From: Proteromonas lacertae
Taxonomy: Eukaryota
Length of the DNA: 64,000 nt
NCBI GenBank assembly: GCA_002245135.1
Contig: NGBS01001182.1
Coordinates: 1-64,000, forward strand
Direction: 5' to 3'
This document shows, one piece after another, positions 53,321 to 64,000 of the stretch. Every line of letters begins with the position of its first letter. Within the stretch, counting starts at the first letter, position 1. The position numbers were made by a program, and so were the translations under genes. The notes beneath the pieces were generated by a model. It was not told where the DNA came from. It did not search any database and saw only the letters and a program-made list of their open reading frames with translations.

Positions 53321-56300
53321 CTATTCTTTATAACTACAATCTCCTTTCATTCCACTTGTTAAAGTGAATCTTTTATCAAAGCCATCATCATTATTACTAA
53401 TACTTGCTCCTATTTTATCACCTATCTTTTGGTCTTTCATATTTAATATTTGAACTACTAAATCCATTATTACATTTACATACTCTTGTGACTTTATTAC
53501 ATTCACCATTTCCACCACATTCTTCACATTTAATTACATTAACATCATTATCTACTAATTTGAGTTTAATATCATTATCATCTACTGTACCTTCACCTTC
53601 TTTTATTAATTTCAATCCAAGTGGAGATTTTAAATCTTCAGCACAATACTAAAATAATAATAATAATAACAAGATATACTCCTGGTAAATAAATTCTATA
53701 ACTATTAACAACATTATCACCACTTCCATCTACAGTTGGTCTATCACTACCACCACATATTGAATATAATCTAGTTGTTTCTGAATAATCAATTGTTGGT
53801 AAAGTATTAACAGCTGGGTTATTTGTAATAATAACATCACTTCTCATTATATTTATTCTTTCCAACATCTTTCTCCAATATTTTGGTGTATATCCTGATC
53901 TTAATTTTCTACTTGTTTCTTGATGTCTTTTTGCATCAGTAAATTCAAATCGATAAACTGTTTTAGGATTTTCAGGTGGATTTGTTGGACATTTTAATAC
54001 ATAATATGGAGGCGTTTTTGTAACTTTATGATTAGAATCAATTCCCAATTGGACCAAATGGACAAGTTGTACCACTACAATCAGTTCCACCATATAATGA
54101 ACCGCAATCACATTTCATATTTATATAACCAAATATATCATTACCTTCTAATTTTGGTTCTTTTACTTGCATTCCATTTTTACATCTCATATTCAATTTT
54201 TCACAATTTTCTCCTACAAATATTCCACTTTTATCACATGTACATCTTCCATTATTACATTCTCCTTGATTACTACATTCAGTCAATCCATGAACTATAT
54301 TATTATTTATTCCAAACCAACTATATCCAAATGGACATATTGATGTGGATGTTAAATCTGGTTCAGTTATTAATGCAGAGGTAAATTGACAATTTTTATC
54401 ATTATTTTTTCTTCCATATCCTGATTTACACTCACATTTACCACTCTCTCTATTACATGTTCCATGACCAGAACATTCAGATATTACTACTGAATTACCA
54501 AATACACTAATATCAGTAAATACATTCTTATTTACTGTTATTGTATTACCATCAACTGTATCTACTATTGATTCTCCATTAGTCACAGCTGTCACTGTAG
54601 CACTATTAACAATAGATAATTATTTATATATACTTTGGATTATTGGTAAATGTGAATTTGTATGTTTTTCCTCCAGTAAGTTTATTACTACTATCAGCTG
54701 ATAAATCTACACAACTTTCACTACATAAACTTATAGTAGTAATTACTTTTGTTTTATCCTACAAAATAAAATAATCATATTTATACTTTAATTGCAGTTA
54801 TAATTTCAGATATTGCTTTACCAGTTATATCAACCACTTTTCTAATACCATTATTCAATATTGTTATAAAATTTGCACTTTTACTATCTTCTATAGTAAA
54901 TGTTGATGTTGAAGATGATTTATCAGTAGAATATTCAATTTTATTATCTTTAACAACTGATTCACCACTAATAACATCAGTTACTTTAGCACTAATCATA
55001 ATAAACACAGAATCATATACTATGGATCTAATGGGAAAGTGAATTTATATTCTGTTCCAGTAGTAAATGGTGTTGTTTGAAGTTTATCCAATTACTACTA
55101 TCAGTACAAGTTTTGATGCATCACATTTATATATTTTCACCATTTTCACTATATTTGAATTCTATTAATATTGTAATGATAATAAATACAATAATAGATG
55201 AAATAATCTTATCTACTGAATCATCTTTTGATATAGCGACTTCTATTTCAGAAAATTCATTTTCTTCTATTTTTTATTTACATCAGTGATAAGTGTAGAT
55301 AATGAGCTGGAATATGATATAGTATTTTGAATTCTTATCATTATTGCTGTTTTTCCACTTGGTATAGTAAATTGAGAATATGCTTCTGTGTAATATTTCT
55401 TAGCATCCTGAAGAAGTGGATCAGGAGTTGTAGTAATTGCTTTCCCATCTGATATTTCTGTAACTTTTGTTCTATTATATAATAAATATAATTCATACTT
55501 GGAATTTAACAAAAATATGAATCTATATTTACTACCATCTACATCACTTCCACCAATTAATTTATTATCATTATCATCACTTATATCTACCCACTTATTA
55601 GTCTCATATTTATATATTCTAACATCACTAACTACACTTTTTTCCTATAAACATATATTATTATTTTTATACTTTTATCTTTGTAATAATGGCAGATATA
55701 GAAGATAAACCTAAAATATCAACATCAGCTGGAGTAGAATCTTTTGTTAGTATTAAAAATGCTGCAGTTTCGTCTTTTGGTATTGTAAAGTCTGAGGTAG
55801 ATATTTTATTTGATGATTCAATATTATCTTGAATAACAGAATCACTATCACCAGTAATATCAGTTAATTCAACACTATTAACATTATATATTAATTAATA
55901 CTTTGAATCTGATGGGAATATGAATCTATATTTAGTATTAGCAGTAAGTGTCTCACTATCACTAGCACTTATATCAACCCATTTATCAGTATTATATTTA
56001 TATATTCTAACATCACTAACTCCACCATTATTCTATTATATTATCATAATAATTAATGTTATACTGTAATAGCTGTGACAATAGTAGATATAGTCGTTGT
56101 ACTTGAAATATCAACATCTGATTGAGGAGTTGTATCTTTTGTTATTTTGATCTTCATATTGGAAGGAATTGCATCTGATTTAGTAGTAAAGTCATAAGTA
56201 TTAATATCTCCATTAGTAATACCACTATTACTATCTATAATAAAATCACCTTCTATTACCTCACTCACTACAATCCTAAATAACAATAGCAATATTCTTA

Positions 56301-57117
56301 TATACTCTTTATTTAATGGAAATGTAAATCTATATGTTTTTCCACCTACAAGTTTACCATCACTATCACTAATATCTTCACAAACTTTATCACATTCACT
56401 TACTTTAATCAATTTCACATCTATTTTTCTCTATCAATATTATATATATTATTATTTTAATACTTTTATATTTTCTATTACTTCAAGTATTGTTTTATCT
56501 TTTACAATAACATCATTTGCTTTTTCATCTTTTTTTATTTTCATTAATAATGCCTTTTTACTTAGTAGATATTGTAAATTGTGAATAATGAATCTCCATA
56601 TCTGATATTGTTATATTCACACCAAATGGACATGTCTTTTCTACACCATTCTCACAATTAACTCCACTATATCCCTTATTGCATTTACAACCATATATTC
56701 TCTTATCATTCTTATCATTTCTTCCTGATAATACATCAAGTAATACATGTTCACCATTTGGACTTTTCACAATCATCTTTATTAGTAATATTAAAAGAAT
56801 CACAACTTTCACCATAAAAACCAGGATCACATTCACATTTTCCAAGTTTACAACTACCTCTACCACTACATTCTACATCATTTTTGGAAGTATTAAACCA
56901 ATCTATTCCTTTTGGACATTCATGTTCAGAACAATCCATACCTCCAAAACCTTGAAAACAGTCACAAACGCCTTTTCTGCATATTCCTTTATTACTATAT
57001 TATTAAATAAACGAAATATTGATTATACCTACAGTCATTTAAACATATTGTATCAGGTGCACCATGTATTTCACATAGTAATACTACAACTATCAATATT
57101 ACTTTTAAATATCTCAT
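53321..57117 (-). CDS. Secreted multi-EGF protein resembling stramenopile mastigoneme/Sig1-type proteins, with five internal ~100-aa repeats
   Basis: Signal peptide MRYLKVILIVVVLLCEIHG; CP.G..WF....ECS..G.C..G.C.C..G..G..C modules; C-terminal KGDCSY. Confidence 0.7.
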
Positions 57118-57208
57118 AAGGAAGATATTCAAAAACAAAAAATATGTTGAATCAAACCTTTGGCTTGACTTGATTTTAAATTTCTTTATTTCTCTTTAGA
57201 TAAGGATA

Positions 57209-58180
57209 ATGAATAGAAAGGAATTATCAAAAACTTTTGTTCATCATATGCACTTCATTAATTACCCTAGTACAATTAATATAGAAAAGTAATTATCAAA
57301 ATGTTAATTTTGTTTATATAGAATATTGATCGGTGATCCTACAGAATACATGCCAATTGTAAATTTCATAATAGTTGGATATTCTCCAGAAATAGCAAAA
57401 TTGATCGATGTTGATATTAATGGACTTACAGATCGTTTATTCATCACCTACATATTCAAATTCATAGAAAAACATTTTCATTTAGATGCAAATATGACAG
57501 TAAATGATTTTTTCACTCCAAAAAGATGTATTCACAGAAAAATGAATTATGTGATTGAATTAATTAATAGCATAAGGAAATATTTACAACATGACATTCC
57601 TGTTTATCCTCCAGTTACATTATATAACAATAAAGAATACAATCCGTCAAATAGTTATCTTCACGTTTTAAATGTTTCGAATATAAATTCAGAAATAGAT
57701 TCTATATTAAATATTGATAAAATTAGAAAACCTTTGAAGAAAGTAGATACAGTCATTTCTTCTTCAGATAGTGAAGAATCTACAACAACGACTAATAGTT
57801 TTACATCATCAGTTAAATCATCATCTTTTAATGATTCAGATAATGAAATTAATAGTAGTTTAAAACCAATAAAATATCATAAACCAAAATCTACAACGAA
57901 TCAAAGCAGTATTAATAATACACACATTTCTTTTGAAGATAAAACATCTGATTCAATTAATTATTCATCCTTATTACCTTCAAATCCTAATATATCAATA
58001 GAAAGTGATAGTAAAAGTGTCAATGTGACAGTTATTCCAAAATCTACAGGAAGTACGTTAATTGATGATAATTCAATTATTTCTAAACAGTTACAGCAAA
58101 TACTTGAACAAATGTCAAAAATGAATAGTAGGCTGGAGAGATTAGAAGAAAAAATGAGTAAAATTGAATTGAAAACTTAA
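57209..58180 (+). CDS. CEP44: Centrosomal protein CEP44-like
   Basis: INYP...ILIGDP..YMPIVNF..VGYSP.IAKLI....TDRLFI..IFK....F......T...FF.......K N-terminal domain; S-rich linker; terminal coiled coil. Confidence 0.75.
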
Positions 58181-58327
58181 TTAAACGTATATTTAACCTT
58201 AAATTCTTATCATATTATCCTTTTTTTTTAATTTTTATAACTGAAAATGAAACGAATTATTTTCCCAAACCCAATTTAATTTAATGTTAATATTTTGTGA
58301 TCTGGATAGTAAATAAATAAAATATTA

Positions 58328-59693
58328 ATGTTACCAGCATTAAATGGTCTTACTTGTGATACTACAAGCGTAAACTTGGATGTATAGGTTATTGATTTAT
58401 ATTTACACATTAGTCTTCTGAAAAAAGTACACCACTCTTTTCTCCACAAAGTTGTGGCGATTTACAACATAAAGACAGTATTCAGTTGGATTATCCATAT
58501 GAACACCCTTTCGGCTGTCCAGTGAATGAAGAATCTATGTCTCCTGTTAGTCGTAAAGGAACACAATACTATAATCATGTTATGCAGAAACTGACTCCAA
58601 TTAATAATAGAAAGAAGCATTTGTCTCTCAATTTATCAGTTAAAAATATATTAATATTACATAAGACATTAGATCCAGATAGTCATAACATGACAAGACC
58701 TGTATAAAATAAGATTTAATGATTTATATTTTTTATATAGTATAATGATTACATGTGTGCTGTAAAAATACAATCTGTAGTTCGTCGATGGTTAATATTC
58801 CGTAAATATGACAGGATATGAGACAAACAGGAAAGAATGTCGGTTAATGTTGTTAAATGAAGCGATGGACGATACTTTTATGTCAATGACACTACTGTCA
58901 GGTAAATATGACCTTAAGAATAAATTTGCAAAGGATATAACAAGATATATTAAAGAGAGAGTGAAAAGATTTGATGAATCTGTATAATAGTTATTTTATT
59001 GATTATTAATATTATATATATAGGTAACTAAAGAGGAATTATTTAGTAATTACAACTCTCTCTTCCGATTGGTTGATATAACAAATCAAAAATTTCTATC
59101 ACATCCAATATATTTATACTTTTTATTGTATATTTTAAATGTAAATTTGAGTTATTCTGAAGCTGTTGTTGTTGTTGAACAATTGGATAAAAACACAGGT
59201 ATAGTAAGATATGATGATGGGTTGGTATGGTTTAAGAATAATTTTTTAAAATTGAATAGTTTCCAAGGCAAAATGGCAAGAGTATATATATATTTTTTAT
59301 TTTATTTTTAAAAAATAGTTTCAAAGAAAATATGAAATAAATAGAAAAAACTTCGTATATAGAAATGAAATAATTGAACCAATGTTACAACAAATATTAA
59401 CAGTAGCAAATGAATATGTTTTATATAGAAAATACGACCAAAGTAATCCACCACTATTCTTCTGTAAAAAATGTTCGTTTATATCTTCCAGACCAATGGA
59501 ATTATGTCGTCACATAGTAAAATGTAAAAATAAACCAACTGAAAGGAAATCAAGGAATAGTAGAAATAGTAGAAACAGTAGAAATAGGTATAGTAAAAGC
59601 AGTAAAATGAGTAGAAATGAGAATGTTAATAAAGTCTTTGAAACAGATGCGATTATACAAAATGTGTTAAATAGAATTGAAGAAAGTAATTAA
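58328..59693 (+). CDS. Hypothetical protein with IQ motif, EF-hand-like segment and C2H2-like finger
   Basis: AVKIQSVVRRW, LDKNTGIVRYDD, CKKC....LCRH...C; multiple introns. Confidence 0.55.
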
Positions 59694-59804
59694 TTTACTT
59701 TTTTTTTAATTTATGTAATTTGTCTTATATATTTTATTTTTATGTGAATTGAATTATTTATAAAAAATTAAAAAGAAAAAAAGAACTAATTAAACTATTT
59801 TTAT

Positions 59805-60458
59805 TTAAATAAATATTAGCAAGGATATAAACAATAGAAGTATATTTATAACTACAGTGAAAGAATCTCCATTAAAAGTCTTAATTTGACTATATTTTCT
59901 AAATATACAACCATCTCCTGTTTGATCTTCACAAGTTGAACATTCTAAACCTGTTTTACACACTGCATATTTATTTTCATAATATTCACTGTAATAATCA
60001 TATAATTTATATCTATTATTCTCTGATTTATATGAAAAATCAGTTTCTATATCATTTGGATGTATTCCTGTAATATTAGCCAAATGTTTACCTATATCAT
60101 TATTTCTCACAAAAGTACCATCATAATATCTTATAATGGTTGAGACATAATTAATTTTATGTACATTATCACTTACTTTGGTAAGGTAAAATCTATTAAT
60201 ATGCATATAATAGAGTATTATTATACTTCTGCGTTTCTACTGCAGATGATGATTTTAAACCACAACTTTTATAATATAAGATAATCAGAGTGACATTCAT
60301 ATTTGTTTCATCGTAAAATACTTGTTTAGTTGAATTATAATCACAAATGGTGGTGTAGCCTTTATCGACACATACTATTTCAATTAAATAAAACGCATTA
60401 TACCAGCTTCCATAACTAAACACAAGTAAATGATTATCAATTCACTAAAAAACTTCAT
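59805..60458 (-). CDS. Small secreted, putatively GPI/TM-anchored Cys protein (paralog 1, frameshifted)
   Basis: Hydrophobic C-terminus; shares NVTL.IL.Y, ETQKY, I.YVST..R.Y and RYKLY..YSE.Y..KY..C with its neighbour. Confidence 0.65.
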
Positions 60459-60563
60459 TTTCTAAAAAAACGTAATTTACATTGTCAATTTTACCTGATT
60501 TTGTAAATCATTTATTTTGTAAGATAAACACCAAAAACAACATCAAAATAGAAAAAAATATTT

Positions 60564-61226
60564 TTAAATGAACAACACTAATATAAATATCATAACAATA
60601 ACATTGACTGTGATTAATGAAGAATTTGAAGTTGATACAGTTGGTATTTGAGTAAATACTTTCTTTTCAGTACAATCTGCACTCGATGTAGTAGTAGAAA
60701 TACAACAATTTAGTCGATTTTCACATATAATATACTTTTTATCATATTTTTCACTGTAATGTTTATATAATTTGTATCTTTCATCATCTGAATTGTAACC
60801 ATGATCTTTTTCTAGTTTTGTCCATTCTATACCAATTGTATCAAATAATTTTCTCCCATCATCTTTCTCTTTAGCATAATTTACTGAATAGAATCTGACT
60901 TGAGTTGAAACATAGTGGATTTGGTAAGTTCCTTCTGGTAATCCTTGCTTTGTTAAATACAACCTAAATATATAGCATTCAAATTGATACTTTTGAGTTT
61001 CAGTTGCATCAGAAAAATCAGCACTACATTTATCAAATGCATAATGTAGTATTAAAAGAGTAACATTTAGATTTGTATCATCCACTAAAGCTTGAGTAAT
61101 AGCATTATTATCACAATACGATTTGAATCCTATATCAGCAATACCTACAATATATTTTTGGAATTATATACAAGGTACTGTCATATAAAAAAACACTATA
61201 TAGATGAATATAAAACACTTTTTCAT
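60564..61226 (-). CDS. Small secreted, putatively GPI/TM-anchored Cys protein (paralog 2)
   Basis: Signal-like start MKKCFIFIYIVFFI, S/T-rich spacer and hydrophobic C-terminus. Confidence 0.7.
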
Positions 61227-61359
61227 TTACGTTTTTGAATTAAAGTAATTTACTTTTAAAATTACCAAAAATATGTAATTAACAATATATCAACAACAAA
61301 CACATATGAACAAACATTATTTATATACTTTTCAATTATACGACATATAATATAATAAA

Positions 61360-64000
61360 TTACTCTATTCTATTCATAATTTTCAAGTTTAGGCAGTTAA
61401 TCAAATATTTACTTTCTTTAAGTGGTAAATTATTGAAATTAAAGATATATGATAATTATATATTCATAAATAAAAAAGGATATATATCGTTAAAAGAGGT
61501 ATTTCTTCAGATTTGTCTATTATAAATCCACATTTTATATTCTTATAGTCTAATACATATTTAATTATAGCCAATCGAATCATAATAATCTCTTTGATAG
61601 TAATATCAATTTTAATCTCCTTTTCATCACCATTGGTGTTTATATTTTCAGAATTAGTGATCGAAATACCATTAATAATCTCATACAACGTATATAAACA
61701 ATTTTCATGATATCTAAGAATTAATGAACAAAAATTTCCACTATTTGCAAAATCTTTAAATCTGAAATTTCCACCAAGTGTATAAAACCCAATAGATTGT
61801 AAAATCAACATTATTTCACTAATATTCAAATTCTCTTTTCCACTAAATATATCAAATTCACCAATCATTTGTTGTAAAAACAAATCATTCTTTACATCAA
61901 ACAAAATTATGAAATTCTTCATTTCATTTTTTAAATAACTAAACAAGTTCAAATATTCAATATTTTCATAACAAATGAGTGGTAATATTGGAATATTCCT
62001 ATTTAAGGACATATAAAACAAATTCCCTTTACTATTTTCCAAACTAAAACACTTTAAAATATTATCATTTTCATCAATCAGTAAATTGTTCTTTATATGA
62101 TAATTATATATAATATAATTCACTATACCTATTGTTACACTGGATATGATGTTGTTATCTAAATAAATATCTAATTGAAATAGAGAGCTACAATTTAAAT
62201 TATCAAATCTATTATGAATATATATTTAAATAATTTCTATATACATTATTTTGCAAATATGATCTTGTTTTTCAAATTTATATGTAATAATATTTTTATA
62301 ATTATTTCTATTGTTATTAATAATGGTTTTATGATTGATAATATCAATTAATTGCATTCTAATTAGTGGAAAAGTTTCTCCACTGTTGATATTATTATTA
62401 GATTTAACTATAACATCATCATCCACTCGATAATAAGCAGATTCAATTCCATTTTTATCTTTTAAAATAATTGGAATTTCTATCTCTTTATTAGATGGAT
62501 ATATATAAATATTAGACTATTTAATAAAAATATAATAATAATATATATATATATATACAGTGGTAGTAGATGTTTTATAATATGCAAAATTATCACAAGG
62601 ATCAATACATTTAATATGAATTGGAGAATTCAATATACTTTCATTCTCAGATGTTAATATATAAATATCATAATCTCCAATTTCATAGAAACGTAATGTA
62701 AATTCATATATCAATTTGTCTTTATTTAATTTAATATCAATATTATTTGTTTGAGTTCCTGTTATATAACATTTTAAGTAATTATTTGTCAAGCTTATGA
62801 CTCGATTATTATCTTTATCGTGTAAGTGTATTTCGAAAGTGTAGTTTTTATTTTTATAATATTCTTTTTCTATTTTTGGTTTTATTGTTGATTTATCCAA
62901 GTCAATTTCACCATAAACACCTTCTATTAGATATGGACTTTCAGATATTGGCATTTTATTATAAAAAATGAATAATTTATATAATCCGATTTTTCTGAAT
63001 TTATAATTGATAATTATTTCATTTTTATTATTGATTGTGATAGAATAATCAGATTTATCAATATTTGGAATAAACTGAAGTTTATAATCTTCTAGTTTTG
63101 TATATTTAAATAATCTTAAATTCTTTAATGAAACAACAGTACAAGTATGAAATGAATGAATAGTACAAGGCGACTGTATTCCTCTAATCCCAACTATTAT
63201 AATAAATATAATCGTTATACTTTCATTTGATTGGATATTCATATTCTGTGGAATTTCTATAATAAACGGTGAATCTTTAATATTTTGAATTTGTGACAAA
63301 TTATCAACATCATCTTTATATTTCTTACTCATCGCTTTGATATAGATTTTAAGTGGATAATAAATAGTGGAAAATGTGTTATATTGAAAAGTATATTTCC
63401 CATTATTATGATCAATCAAACTAAATCCTATTTATAATTATTAATAATAATTTTAATATATATATATATTATACTATAAATATCATCATATTCTTCTTCT
63501 TTATTATTATTATCGATAACATTCCACGTATTGGTTTTATATAACAATTTCTCTCTTTCTTTCTCTTTATCATAACTATAAATTTCAATAGAAACATAAT
63601 CATCACCATTTGTTAAGTCTTTATTGCCATCACTAATGGCTTTTATCTCTATATTTACTAGTCCATCATTCACAACTATTAATAATAATAATATGTTATA
63701 TATATATATATACAAGGTTCTATTCCATTTCCACTAGCAATACACTTTATAGGTGACAGTATTGGTTCTTTTATTATATTTCTCAATACAATATCTTCAT
63801 CAATAAATCCAATTATTGTATGACTTCCTTTTGTTAATATTGTGTTGATTGTAGATGTATTCATTACGGTGAGTGTATGGAGTAACAGTGGAATGGTTTG
63901 GACGGAGTTTATATTGGGAATGCCAAGACGATTTTGGTTGTAATTACCCCAGACATACTATATATACATAATATAATAATATATATATATATATATATAT
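61360..64000 (-). CDS. Filamin/Ig-like repeat protein (5' end outside the window)
   Basis: SPIKCIASGNGI, DHNNGKYTFQY, IKDSPF, PISESPY, FEIHLHDKDNNR, ILNSPI; last exon joined by an AT-AC intron 61425-61483. Confidence 0.8.

Noticed and set aside
721..60458. Frequent frameshifts in conserved genes (CAF1, RPL34, GH95, SulP, SWIB, ankyrin) as programmed frameshifting, RNA editing or pseudogenisation
   Set aside because: They are mixed +1/-1 events, mostly at short homopolymers, with no shared slippery motif, and they hit essential genes; long-read indel error is the simplest explanation (not proven without reads).
1..64000. Stop codons created by polyadenylation, or an alternative genetic code
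   Set aside because: Every modelled gene ends in an encoded TAA/TAG/TGA; internal stops are explained by introns or indels.

Overview
Very AT-rich, gene-dense eukaryotic DNA with about 30 protein-coding genes split by mostly 24-40 nt GT-AG introns, plus one intron-containing tRNA-Tyr. The tiny introns, TGTTTGTT motifs downstream of genes, a mastigoneme-like EGF protein and a bacterial-type GH95 fucosidase suggest a gut stramenopile of the Blastocystis/Proteromonas type (inference). Recognisable genes include CK2-beta, Sec3, PPWD1, RPL34, GNPDA, an inositol polyphosphate kinase, a REC-guanylate cyclase, a dynein-2 LIC, SulP-STAS-cNMP, CAF1 and CEP44. Highlights: (1) the four large ORFs at 8.1-16.5 kb splice into one ~2,776-aa type I surface protein built from 1,900-bp exon+intron cassettes and ~26 copies of an unrecognised ~104-aa Cys domain, with recombination mosaicism and a single-domain paralog at 47.4 kb; (2) six U12-type (minor spliceosome) AT-AC/AT-AA introns, three of them in one gene; (3) centriole, IFT and mastigoneme-like genes; (4) candidate ncRNAs at 35.5-36.0 kb. 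Many 1-nt frameshifts in conserved genes look like assembly indels. All gene models were built by eye and family calls come from motif recognition, not database searches.
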